From Protoeuglena noctilucae (Eukaryota): DNA of 64,000 bases. The notes below the pieces were generated by a model. The model searched no databases, was not told the origin of the DNA, and was given only the letters and a program-made list of their open reading frames with translations. The translations under genes and the position numbers were made by a program. The number at the start of each line of letters is the position of its first letter. Position 1 is the first letter of the stretch. The stretch is from positions 310,001-374,000 of the forward strand of contig OY253672.1 in the NCBI GenBank assembly GCA_958009085.1, read 5' to 3'. Shown here one piece after another: positions 49,975 through 62,800 of the stretch.

Positions 49975-52900
49975 TCAGCCCTTGGAAACGTCCGGCAGGA
50001 CCCAGTCGGAGCGTACGGGCAACCGCAATCCCGCCTTCTCTGCCACGAGCGCCCCCGGCAGCAATGCTCTGCGGAGAAAAGCCGATGCCTGCATTGCAGC
50101 ACCGCACGGATGAGCACCGACCGCAGCCCCTGCGCGCCCCTGCTCACCCTTTCCCCGGCGCCAGAGTACCGTGATCCAAGCCCAGGATCTGCACCCTCGT
50201 GACATGGACGTCGGCAGCCCCGTCGCGATCGCTGCCCGGGCCCCGGCTCGCTCGGCACCGCAGCTCTAAACCATCGTAGGAGAACTCCGAGACGCAATAC
50301 TCCCCCTCCCTGCGAGCCACGAGGCCATCCATTCGTTCCGTAAAAGCACCAGCCAGGAGCCGAGCAGGCGACCCATCGTGGCACATTGTGCACAAGGACA
50401 GCCCGTGCGCCCACCTGAACGCGAACGTCGCCCCATCGTCCAGATACAGCCTCCCTGACGCCCGCCCGTCTGGCCCGGGCGCGACGACCAGGCACAGGTC
50501 GGACACTCGGGTGTCGGCCGTCGTGGACCCCACGGACTCGGCCACGGGCACGATAGTGCCGCCCCGTAGGAACATCGCGGGATGGTCGGGCCCCACGCCG
50601 ACACCGGCCTCGCCGATGCCAGCGCCCACCACGCTGCCCGAGGCCACGTTGTACCAGCGGGCCTCCCGCGGCAAGTGCACGCGCAGGACGCCGGCCGGGA
50701 TGTCCGCTGCCGGCTGCATCACGGGCGCCACGAGGAGCGCCTCGCCCACTGCGGGTCAGGAACAGACCTCGTCACATATTGACACAGAGACACCCCCGCA
50801 GGAGGTGGCGCGTCCCGGCTGCTGCCCCCGCGCTCACTCATGAACTGGCTGTCCAGGTGCGCCACGGACAAGTCCTTGGGGCACTCGAACCACATGGGCC
50901 GCATCACGGGCAATCCCTCGACGTGCGCGCGCCAGAAGAGCGTGTAGATGTACGGCAGCAGTCGGTAACGCAGGGCAATGGCTCCCCGGATGCGCGCGAG
51001 CGTCGTCTCCCTGCGACGCAAACGGGCGGACAATCCCACGTCAGCCAACGTGACACTGCAAGCATGAGATGTCTGTGCAGACGCCAGCCAGCCAACTTTG
51101 GGTCTTACCCAAAGAGCCAAGGCTCCCTCCGCTCCGTGTGCTCGTGGGCGTGGCCTCGGAAGAAGGGGTAGAAGGTGCCGAGCTGATACCACCGCTCCAG
51201 GAGCTCCGGCTCCGGGTTCCTGCGTGAGCGAGGGCCGTTGCATCTCGCATTTTGAGCACCTCAGGACTCAAAACAGCTGCGACCGCGTCAGGCGCGCTGC
51301 AACCAACGCAACGCACGCACCCGAAAAAGCCGCCCACATCCGCGCCGACGAAGGGGAGGCCCGAGGAGCTGAGGGATAGCAGCATGGGCAGGGTGTGGCG
51401 GAGGTGGTCCCACGAGGCCTGGGTGTCTCCGGTCCACAAGGGTCCCAGGCGCTGCGTGCCCGCGAAGGCCGCGCGGGTGAGGACGAAGGGACGCACGCCC
51501 TTCTCCGGATTCAGCAGGCGCCCACGCCGCAGCAGCCCGTCGACGGTGGCCGCGTGGAAGTAGTGGCCAGAGACGTTGTGCACGTTGCGGTGCTCAGTGC
51601 CCGAGAGATGCAGGGCGTCCTTGTCCATCGTGATCTCGGGGCCGTTGAAGACGGACGGCTCGTTCATGTCGTTCCAGATGTGCAGGTGCTCCGTGGAGCC
51701 CTCGTACGCGTCGAGCTGCAGCAGGCCGGCCCACCACTCCCGCACGCCCGGGTCCAGCCAGTCCGGGTACACGCTGCGGCACGGCAAGCACACGACACCT
51801 CAGCTCCGACTCCCCAGGCCTGGCTCGCCGCGCGCCTGCGATCGAAACGCACCTGTCCCCGGGCCAGCACTCTCCGTGGTACGGCGCCCCGTGCCGGTCG
51901 CGCACCGCCCGCCCGTCCATGGTTTCTCGAAACACCGCCCAGTCGGGGTCCGACGCGATGTGCGGGTCCACGATCGCCACCATGTGCCGCCCGTCCATGG
52001 CCAGCTCCTCCTGCAAGGCCCCCGGGTCGGGGAAACGCGCCCGGTCCCACGTCAGATAGCGCTTGCCCCGTGTGTGCTCAATGTCGAGCCAGATCACGTC
52101 GCACGGCACTGCATGGTCGCGGAAGCCCTGGTTCACGGCTCGGACGTCCGCCTCGTCGTCGTAGTTCCATCGGCACTGGTGGTAGCCCAGGGACCAGAGG
52201 GGCGGCATCTCGGGGCGCCCGGTCACCCCAGCGTACTGCCGCAGGAGGTCCGCGGGGCGTGGGCCCAGCAGCACGAACATGTCCAGCTCCCCCGCCTCAA
52301 ACGTCCACTGCGTGAAAATCTCTCCCACCCCCGACGCCTCCCCGGGCTCGCACGACGCCGCCAGGCCCCCTGGTGGCCTGCCCGGCCGCGCCACGTCCAC
52401 GTACGCCTCGGTCGCGTTGTTGAAGAACACGCCCACCGTGCGCCGGGGCCCGTGCGCTTGCATGAACGGGATACTCGCGTACAGCGAGAAAGGGTCGCCC
52501 GTCTCGTAGGAGAAGACGTCCAGGTTGTAGAGGCGGTACGGGGAGCCGTGCGCGGCGTCGCCGCCATTGCTGGTCGGCCCACCCGGCCCACCGTCCTCCG
52601 GCAGGGACACGGTGGGTCGCAGGGCGTGTCGCACGCAGTGTTCGGGGATGCCGTAGACCTCGGCAAAATCATGGAAAGTCACGTCCAGGGAGAACGCTTC
52701 CGGGCCGAAGGGCTGCAGGGGCCGTCCGGGGTGCTGGTCGTCGCACAGGCGGGCAGCAGAGCCAGGCAGGCGCTGCTCACAATACTCGCCTTGGTGTCCG
52801 TCCAGGCCTTCCACGTCTCGGCGTGGGTCGCGGCGGCAGACGGGACGCCGGCGCGGTGCTCGAAATCAAAGAAGCCCCTCGCGTTCAGCGTGATGAGCGC

Positions 52901-53678
52901 CCCTGCGTCTGCGTCCGCGTCGCCAAACCGCAGCTGGAAGGGGTCGAACTGTGGGCATCCAATCGGCATCGGAAAGGGTTCACTCAGAAGCCATCGGCTA
53001 AGCGTCCGGGCTGCAGGATGGCGGCGCACAGGCCCAATGAGGCCGTCAGTCGAGTGCTCAGTGGTATGACGGCCGAGCCGACATCGCATCGTGGTTCACC
53101 CACCTGGAGGGTCAGCCTTTCGCCGAAACTGAGGACCACGTCGGCGCGATCTTCGGTCACGGATGCGCTACGGAACTTCCTCGGTTCCTCCGCCGATGGA
53201 AGAACGATCCCGCGCAGGCTGAAGCGCCCCACGTCCTCCAGTTCCGTCACGCGGATGCGCGCGCCCCCTTCGTATGCAGCGATGGTTAACCTGAGCTGCT
53301 GCCCCCGGCTGTTGGCGACAACTGCAGTTAACCTGCCTGCGTCCGCATCCGCTGCCACGCTTCCTGGCACGACGGCATGGCTGGTGACGCTAGTGAGGCG
53401 ATGGCGCGTGAGGAACGACAAGTCCGACCAAACCTTCCACTTCTCAAGTTCCCTCCCCTGCAAGCACGGTCAGCATAACGCCTGAACACTTCTGCCTGCT
53501 GGCTGCGTCCCGAGATGTCGGGGAGTTTGGAATCCCCGACTTGAAACGCGCAGCCTGTGCGGCAGCTGGTACTCACCATTGCGCCGTCCTGGACCGTCCA
53601 GGGGCGTGCCGGGCCCTGCGTTTGGAGATCACCGGCAACGACGGGGTGCTCGTTGCCTCTCTCGCTTCGCCTTGCCAT
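49975..53678 (-). CDS. Glycoside hydrolase family 31 alpha-glucosidase (glucosidase II alpha / GANC-like), multi-exon
   Basis: [55 protein letters not shown], catalytic [71 protein letters not shown]. Start at 53678 or 53579; stop at 49975 inferred. Confidence 0.94.
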
Positions 53679-53792
53679 GCAAGTCGTTTTCTGACGGGTC
53701 TGTCTCGGCGCCGAGCTGCCCCAAGCGACGCCAGCGCCGCACCGTGCGTACGAGTTTGTGCCCCTTCTCGCGAGGAAAGATCTAGTGTCACC

Positions 53793-54883
53793 ATGGCGGC
53801 TGTGCAGGGTCTCGCCGGCTCCAGGCTGGCCCCCAAGGGTGAGGAGGGCGTGGGACTCGGGTCCCTTGCGTCCGTCGCATGCGAAGAGGTCGGTTAGACG
53901 TGGCGGATGCAACCGTGCGGGCATCCGAGGCCCGCCGGCGGGCCATCGTCGTGCCCAAATCTGACTCGGTTGGGGCCCCGGGCTGGACGCGGGAGCGGCT
54001 CTCGGCACCCAACGAGCCCCTCTCCGGCACGTGCACATTCGTTGTTGCGCGATGCCGGGGAGGGCCCCATCCGGGGACCTCCCGCGCTTGCGCGCTGGCC
54101 CAGCACGATGGGAACCTACCACCCCCGGGAGCTGCGGCCCTGATATGGGGCCCGCAGCTCCTGTGGTGCTGTGAGGCGGGGGCACGCAGTCCCAGGAGGG
54201 CCCACACGCGGGGCGCCTGGCTTGCACAGAGCGGCGTGGACATCCAAATCATATCTGGCCTGGATGTCGCCGCTGGCTTGACCTCTCGCCGCCCCGGCTT
54301 GCCCGCAGCTTTCGTTGGCGCCTCGCGCTCCGCTCCGCGCGCCACCGCCCGGGCTGCCGCTGCCAAGGCGCAGAAGTTCGACCAGGGTGAGTGCCGCGAC
54401 CTTGCTGCCCCGGCCCCCGCCCGCCGCGTCCGCGTATCGGAACGGCGCCTCATTCGGGCCACCTTGCAGACTGGATCAACGCCAATGACCACCTCATGGT
54501 GATCGGGGCGTCCCTGGCGGGCTGGACCATCCCGACCGTCACCCCCTTCGCCGGCCTGGGCTACGACGTGAGTGCGCGGCTGCTCCGTAGATCATGCCGA
54601 CTATGCGGCGTCGATGTCGACGCTCCGGATGTCGCGGCGGGCGCCGCCCTGTCAGGCCTGCCACACGCCCCCACGACACCGCCGGCCGCCGTGACGTGCG
54701 CCGCAGTCGCTCTTCAACAAGTTCCACTCGGCCATGCTGCGGGAGCTCGCCAACTTCCCCACGGGCCCCTCCCTGGACTCGGACTTCTGGCTGTACATGA
54801 TCGTGTGGCACGTGGGCCTCTTCCTCACCATGACGCTGGGGACCATCGGCGTGCAGGGGCGCAAGCAGGGCTACTTCAACTGA
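53793..54883 (+). CDS. PSAO: Photosystem I subunit O precursor, 4 exons
   Basis: Transit peptide MAAVQGLAGSRLAPK|AFVGASRSAPRATARAAAA, then FDQDWIN..VIGASLAGWTIP..SLFNKFHSAMLRELANFPTGPSLDSDFWLYMIVWHVGLFLTMTLGTIGVQGRKQGYFN*. Confidence 0.93.
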
Positions 54884-55148
54884 GCCCACCACACTCGGCT
54901 CAGCCCGTGCCGTGCCTTGGCTTCTCACATTCCCCTTCCCCCGTCCGACTGGAGATGCGTGCTTGTAGGCCGTCGGGTTGAAACTCACGACTGGCCCACG
55001 CACTGGCGAGTCCGCACTGGCGGGCTGGCTCCTCGCCTCATGTTCAAGGCGCACCGCCTGTCCCCACGCATTCACCTCGCAACCACCGCCACCCCTCCAT
55101 TCATTCATTCATTCATTTGTTGGGGCCAGGGGCAAACCAGGGAAAGCT

Positions 55149-58100
55149 ATGCCGCCGCTCCACCCCAAGACGGAGCTCTTGGAGTACTTCATCAAGGTCG
55201 GAGATGGGAGCCGCCCCGTGTTCCAGTCGGTTGAGATGTTTGACGAGAAGGAGGAGCGGTCGATCGTCACGGAGGTAGTGTGCCCGGAGAGCCACGTGTG
55301 GTGGCCCCGCCGGCATGACCCGAAGGCCTTGGTGGAAGCATTCCAGGCAAAGCGACTCCCGGAGGCCATCCGCGTGGCCCAGATCGACCATCCAAAGGGA
55401 GGTACGGTGCCTCGTGCCTTGAGCCATGGCTTGCAGATCCAGGTTCCTTGCTATTGCCGTCGATCCCGCTCGCAGATGGGACACGAATGTGGATATCTAC
55501 CATCGACGCCATCGAGGGGCAGCGGCGGGGGACCAAGAAGGTCTGTGCAGCTTGTCGAGGGGCTCGCCGTTGGTTGAAGCGCTTCTCGTGGCATTCAAAC
55601 GTCCCCCCAAGCATCCCGTTTCGCAGAAGGACACGGAGCGAGCGCTGGCGGAGGACATCTGTCGGCATTTGCGAGGAAACTTGCGGTGCGGGCCACGCCT
55701 CGCCGCGCTCCAGCGATGGCCGATATGCCGCCGATATGTCGCGCTGCGATCGGCCATATGGCAGTTCGTATCGTCCTGTTTCCCAAGCAGGGACGTCTTC
55801 GTCACTACGGGCCTCATGGACGACGCGACTGCCAATGGGGCGGGCACGCTGCGCGAGCTGATGGCGAGACTCTTCTCCCTGAACCGCGCGGACGTGGCCG
55901 AGGTGTTGGACTCCATCCTGGACCCCGCGCGAGTCTGCTGCGATGCCGAGGAGGGCCCGGGCGTCGACTCGGAGCTGCAACAGCACGTCTACGAGGCGCA
56001 GCGCATGCTCGACGGCCGCCTGCCGCTGGCGTGCCTCGTGCGCGACATGTCTGCTTCTGGCAAGCTCATCATCCGCGCCCTCGACGCCAAGGACCTCGAC
56101 CCCGCGGCGCGGCTCGCCCGGTTCGCTTCGGCCCTCCACAGCCCTCCGCAGCAGTCCCAGGGGAGCTCGGCGGCCGCGCCCAAGCACTTCCGCGTGGACC
56201 TTTCTGCAGAATCGGGCCCGTGCGTGCACCTGACAGCCAGCTACTCCTTCGATCCCCCAGAGAGGGACGGCGAGCCGGTGGTCACAGGCGAGGCCCTTGC
56301 CCTTGGCCCTTTCCCTTGGCTCTTGGCCCTTGGCCTTTGCCTTCCTGGCACCCGCGCTTTCAGCCCCGCGCTCGCATCAAGCGCTGCGCCCGTGCCTGCA
56401 GCGGTGCGCATCCCGGCGGACGGCTCGGGGTTCGTCCCTGTCACGCTGGACCTGACCAGCGGCAGCTACCTCCCAGCCGTGTCAGGAGCCCTGGGTGCGT
56501 CGTAATCATACAAAGCTACAGATCGTGCGGCTTAGCCCTGCGTCTCATGCCGGATGCTCCTGACGCCAGCCCTGACTGCCCTTGCCCCTGCACGCAGGCT
56601 GCGCATCTGCGGTGGAGACGGCGCAGCGTGTGTTACACCACGGGATGGTGGGCAACGGGCCTCGGGTGGAGGGCACGCCGCACGGGACCATGTCGACGCT
56701 GCGCGCGTGCCGTGCGCATCTCTACAGCCTCGTGGGCCCCCAGGAATGGGACCCCGAGAAGCAGGGCGAGCCCGACCAGGCGATCGGGACCACGCTGGAC
56801 GGACTGGAGGGTCTGCCGGGGGTCAACCGGGTGGCGACCCTCCTGGCTGGGCACGTGGTGCGCGGGGATGCCCTGCTGGCCCGCGTGGGCGTGAGCAGCT
56901 ACGTGGAGATGGGGGGCAGGGCGCTGGGGGTCGTGTCGCGCAACCTCACCCCGGAGCAGGCCGTGCTGATGGTGGCGCTCCTGACGCCGGCCGCCGTGCA
57001 CAGCCAGTCCATCTCGAGCCCCTTCCTGTCTTGCGTCCCCGCGGCCTTCTTCCCCACCACCGTCAGCGCGTACAAGGGCTGGTTGGGCAAGCGGCCCAAG
57101 GAACTCCTCTGGCACCAGGCCCGCAAGTGAGACGGAGTTGTTACGTATCGACACGCTTTCAAAAGCACCCTCCACCGCATTTTTTGACGTGCAGCACTGG
57201 CACACCATCTAAGCGTCGCAGTCGTGTCGGCCGTCTGTCGAGAGCAGGGAGAGCGTCGGCGCTGATTGACTCGCTTCATCTTCCCTTGTCGTTCGCAGAG
57301 ACCCGATGCTGACGCTCACCGAGAGCGTGGAGGTAGCGAATCCCGAGCCGGGGACGGATCGCCGAGGCCGTGGGGTGCAGTGGCACGTGGCGACGGCCCG
57401 TTTGGAGGACCGATTCACTGGCGCCGTGCTGCAGCACACCACCGCGCCGCTCACCAACGCCGAGCACGCTCAGGAGATGGCGGCCCTCGAGGTCGTGCAC
57501 CTGCTGATGGACCGCGTGTACAGGCCCATCCTGACGCCCCTCCTGGAAAGCGTGGGGGCCACGATGGAGGTGGGGTGCGAGGGTGGGTTAGGGTGTCTGC
57601 TTGAGCTGACTCCAGTATTCCAGAATGTCTCTCATCCAAGGCTATGGCATCTCCTGTATCTATCTTATCCCCTGCTTCTTTCTTTCAACCCCAGACGCCC
57701 TCCCATGCGAGCGGCCAGGCTTCGTATCCCGTCCCGACCCACCCCACGGCCATGCAGCTGACCCTCAAGCTCGAGTGCAGCGTCGAGGGGTCCGCCCTCC
57801 TCCGCCGCTTCTTCAAAAACAAGTGAGACGCGCTTCTTTGGCCAAAGTGATGTCGCAGTGCAGTTGCTGCAGTGCCCAGTACCATTGCACCAGTGCGCTG
57901 TTCAACCCCTGTTCCATCCCTGTTCCACCCGGTTGCCTCGCAGCTCCGACTACGAGCAGGGCCTCGCCGCGGGCATCCCCGTTCCCGATCCCGGCTCCCA
58001 CGCACCCTCCTCCCCTGGCCAAGTGGTTTTGGAGGTGCAGGAGTCGATGGGCCACGTGGTGGGCAACGCATCCCTGGCCCCCGAAGTCGCCCGCGCGGTC

Positions 58101-59529
58101 GCCATGCAGGCCACGGGGTCACGCGGCGTGGCGCCGGTCACCTCCGTGGCCATCCTGGGCGGCTGCATCGCCCTGCCAGTCTCTGGCAGTGTCGCCTTCC
58201 ATGTCACGCACGTGGGCAAGCCCAGCGTCCCGGGGAGCCTTCCCCGCCAGTCTTGCGGGATCTTCTCGCCTTCCCTCTGCAAGCAGCGGTACGACTGGGT
58301 GGCTGAGAAGCTGTGCGAGCAGGTCGACATGGATGGGGGCCCCGTGACCCTCGTGGATGTGGGGTGCGGGGAGTTCAAATTCCACCGACACCTCGCCGGC
58401 TCTCTCTCGGGAAGCCAGGTGAGATGGGAAGGGTCCGTAGGCTCTGTGTTGATGTCCATTGTAGCGGAGGTGACATGAACAGCCCTGGGCCCGGCCACCG
58501 TGGTAAGCCCTCAACTCACACAGCCCTGTTGTGACTGCAACTCGCATCTGCAAGCACACACGCAGGCTGTGAAGAGGTACTGGGGCGTGGACCGAGAGAA
58601 CCGATTGGCAGCGACAGCGGGGGTAGACGGGGGTGGCATGAAGGACCAAGGCGACGCTCAGGGCACTTCCGCACGTGGCGATGGGGGCGCCAAGCGTCAC
58701 AAAGCCACGGTCTCTGATGACGAGGGGGAAGGCGATGGCGATGGGACGGTCACGGGTGCTGACGTTTCTCCCGCCGGTGGCCTGGGCGCTGTGGAGTTTG
58801 TGCAGCGAGACTTGAGGTGAGCGTGGGGCGATAGTGCGTACAATGGTTGATACAGTGGGACATGCGTTGGATGCACCTTTGTATCGCAACTGCATCTGTC
58901 CTTGACTCGCAGCGACGAGTTTGCCGCGGACCCCAAGGCCTGGGGCGAGATGCACGGGGCAGACTTTGCGGCAGTCATTGAAGTGGTGGAGCACGTGTGG
59001 GAAGACCGACTGCCTGCCTTCGCCAGGGGGCTGTTCCGGGTGAGAGCGCATCGCGGCCTGGACTGCTAAGAACGCGCAGTGATATCGACCACAAGCTTAC
59101 CGTAAACTGGGTGTTACAGTGGGAACAGCACCCCACCCCATGTTCTCCATGCTTTCACCTCACTGGCATACCACCAGACGGCCTTTCTTCTTCCGTCCGA
59201 TGCCATCGCAGGGCCTTCGCCCGCGCACGGTCGTGCTGACGACCCCCAACCGGGACTACAACGACCTCCTGTGGTCGCACCCGGGCGCAGCGGGCATGCG
59301 TGCGGGGAACGGGCTCCGCGAGGACGACCACCGCTTCGAGTGGACGAGGGAGGAGTTCCGCGTGTGGGTGCAGGGCATGGCAGAGCGGTACGACTATGCG
59401 GTGACCGAGTGGGCGCAGATTGGGACCATGGTGGGAGACGTGATGGCGGAGGCGGGGGGTGGCATCGACGTTGGGAAGGCGACGCAGGCGGTGGTGATGC
59501 GGAGGATCGACAAGGGAGGTGCCAAGTGA
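55149..59529 (+). CDS. HEN1: Small RNA 2'-O-methyltransferase HEN1 (long plant-type architecture)
   Basis: N-terminal dsRBD-like HPKTELLEY and a second WLGKRPKELLWHQ segment, FKBP-like region, MTase FSPSLCKQRY..LVDVGCGE..YWGVD..IEVVEHV..VLTTPNRDYN..REDDHRFEWTREEFRVW..ATQAVVMRR. Confidence 0.92.
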
Positions 59530-59564
59530 TGGCGGAGTGTTGGGGAGGTGCCAAGTGATGGCGG
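59514..59564 (+). repeat. 22-nt direct repeat (GGGAGGTGCCAAGTGATGGCGG x2, 29-nt period) spanning the HEN1 stop codon
   Basis: Exact copies at 59514-59535 and 59543-59564, plus a degenerate third copy near 59593. Confidence 0.8.
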
Positions 59565-59689
59565 GGTATGATGGGTGGACGCAAGGGCAGCTGCCGAAGT
59601 GATGGGAACGGGAGTGGAGTAGCAGGCTGATGGGTGGGAGGGAAGGTGGTTGGGCATTCCGGCTGTTAAGATGAGCGGACTGTGCACGC

Positions 59690-59694
59690 TGTAA
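59690..59694 (+). terminator. Candidate TGTAA polyadenylation signal of HEN1
   Basis: TGTAA about 160 nt downstream of the HEN1 stop. Confidence 0.45.
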
Positions 59695-59895
59695 GGCATG
59701 AAGAGTGCTCATGAAGAGGCCGGCACACGATTTTGCGCAGTCATTGCTTCATTCAAAAGCGCCATTTCAATGCGTGACATGCAATCACAGGCACGGCATG
59801 CTCCGCTGCCTTGTCCTCCTTACCCACCCAGCGCAGAGGCAGGCACCTTCTATACCCACCAGTTCACACCGCCCTACCCACCACGCCCCTCCCTT

Positions 59896-62800
59896 CTACC
59901 TCCCCCCCTCCGACAGATACACCCGCACCGCCTCCTCCAGCGCCAGCGCGAGCCCCCGCTGCTTCTCCCGATTCCTCAGGAACTCTCCATGCCGTATCGG
60001 CTGACCCATCATGCGCGTCGGCCCTCCCACCGCCATCTTGCTCGCCAAAGCAATTTGGCTGCCCGCCTTGTCCAGAGAATACAGCAGCACCATGTAGCCC
60101 CGGAACAGCCGGGGGACCTCCCTGGACCCCTCCAGCAGGCTCTGCAAGTGCTGGGCTCGGGCCATCTCCACTCGCGCGCCCTCAGTCCACTGTGCCCGGG
60201 GCACGTCGCTGGGACGCAGGTCCTCCAGCAGCGCCGCGAGGCCACCCGCTCCCGCCCGCTCGGCCAGCTGCGCAAAGACCTGCGGGAGAGGCGCAAGGCC
60301 AGCTGTGGTGGGGGCACGGGCTGCTTGCCTAGTACTGTTCTCAATGTTCATGGCTAAGATGAGCATCGAAGAATCGACTATATGGCTATTGCTAGTGTCC
60401 CATCGCATCGCCTAACAACCCCCCCGTGCCTCTCACCTCATAGGGCATGCGTGGCGCCCCTTGGTCGCACAGCCATTGGAACATGGCATGCACCACGCAG
60501 CTCTCCTCAGGAGTCCCAGTCGGCGACCCATCGACCAACACCAGAGCCGCCGTCCTGCCACGCGCTTCCACCTGAGCCGCCACAGCCGCCGCGATGGGAG
60601 CGCCGGCATAGCCCACCCCCACCAGCACAACGGGGCCGCGAGGCTGCACGGCATCCACAGCAACCGCCATCTCTGTCGCCAGCTCAGAGAGTGACGCCGA
60701 TTGCCTGCGTGCACGAAAGACGAACAAGGATGACACTGTGCAACAGACACACGCTGCCCATGCCCCACCGACCCCACCAAGAGGTACAACAGTGACGATG
60801 CCACAAGCACAGTGTGCATTCAATCATTACATGCCCTTACACTGCCTCTCACCTGAGAGCGCTGCCCGGGTAGAGCGCGTAGCAAGGGAAAGGCACGGCC
60901 GCGCACACGCCGTCAATGGCCGCTGTCGAGTCCCCACTGGGCCCGCACAGCCACACCGGCAGCCGCATCGTGGGCGTGACTCCCGACCCCTGCAGCCGCC
61001 AGAAGCTGTTCTGCCCCGGGCATAGCCAGTTGGGCTTCACGAGGCACGCGCTCTCGCTTGGCCCTGCACTCCCCGATGCCGACGCCTCGCCCACCGCTGA
61101 CGGCCCCAGCCTTGCCATCCCAGCCTCAAACGCCTCCACCAGCCCAATTGCCTCCATCAGTGACGCGTTGACTTGGTGCATCAGCACGGGCTGCACGAAG
61201 CTCGCGATGGGAGCCAGCATGCCAGCCGCCCATCCCCCGGCCAGGCTCGCGGAGTCGCGTCGCGCGGGGCTGTGCAGGAACAAGGCCCTGGCCTGGAGCA
61301 GGCTCGTGGGCTCGACGGCGCGGGCGAGCGACGAAGCGACGGCGATGTGGCCGAGGTGTCGGGCCAGGCGCTCCCAGACCACGTCAGGGTGACAACCGGG
61401 GCAACGGGCAGCCACAGCCTCCACCACGGCCTTGTAGTCGTCCCCGGCGCCCATCAGGTCGATCATCAGGCCCACCAGACTCGACGCCGACGCCTCGGTG
61501 AACGCCGGGAGGGTCCCTGACCGCCAAGTCGACGCATCACTGGGCACATGCACCCCGCTGACACCCGCACCGACGCTGCCACTCTGCGACCGGCCAATGC
61601 CTTCCGCAGCGCCCGTGTCTGCCCCTGCAGGGAGCACACCCTGGCTGGCGCCTGGGGTCGGGTCTGTGGCGAGGGATGCGATGGCTCGGACGACGGCCGT
61701 GTACGACAGCAGCTCCTCAGAGGGCTGGTTGAGCAAAGCACCGCCCTCGTCGTCCACGGCCTCCGATTCCGCGAGGAAGGTGAGGACCTGCGGGAGGCAA
61801 GCGGGAGTAGAGGTGGCGTTAGAGCAGGCGATGTACATGGGGAGTTGGGGCGTCCTCAGAGAGACGGCTGTGTATGCACATCGACTCTCTCACCTGCTCC
61901 TCCCATTCATGGGATGCCATCCAGGGCGGCTGCACGCGCATGATGGCCACCAGCTGCTCCTCAATCGAGTCCCCCGACTCAGCCAGGCACCGCCCCACCG
62001 CACGGACGTAGCCCTCCCTGCCCAGGTGCCCCATGCGGGCCACCAGCGGCCAGCACCGCGCCCACGGCTGCCGCATCGCGTCCGCCAGAGCACGCATGAC
62101 CCCGTCCTCCCAGAACGCCACCGCCACCACCGCCGTACCCGCCGCCTCAAGCCGACACGCCACCTCGTACGCCACATTGCACGCGAGACCCTCTGCAGCC
62201 AGCACCAATGCCTGCGCCAGCCCCGGCTCCCTCGCCACGGCTCGAACGCACGCGGCCACAAACACCTCCAGGCCCTCACGAGGGTCTGTTGCTTCTTGCG
62301 GTAACTCCACCGTGTACACGTCCCGCTCCATCACCCCCCAGTCCGGCACCAGGCTCCCCAGGCCCATGCCAGCCGTCACACGCCAGCCCCCGCAGCCGCC
62401 CCCGCTGACCGCGATGGCCTGGTCCCAACCGACCACGAGCACCGGCGCGCGCGCCTGCCCGCTCTTGGCTGCATGCACGCGCTGCAGCCTCGCGGCGACC
62501 CCACCCGCAGCTCCCACGGCCCGGCCCGGCAGCTGCGACCCAGAAGTGCTCAGGTACCTCTGCGCTGCCTCAATGGCTGCCTCGTCGACCCCCATCTCCC
62601 GCAGCTCCTTGGCCACTATCTGCCGGTCCGCCACCAACGCCAGGCGCGGCCCGGCGTCGCTGCCTGGGAGGCACTCAGACCATCCGAAGCTGAGCAGGTG
62701 CGCCTTCATGACATTCGCCAGCACCGCCATGTCGGCCTCCTCCTGCCGCAGAAGCGAGAAGTGGTCCCCTGGGACGTCCACCACCTCCACTTGGTCGCAG

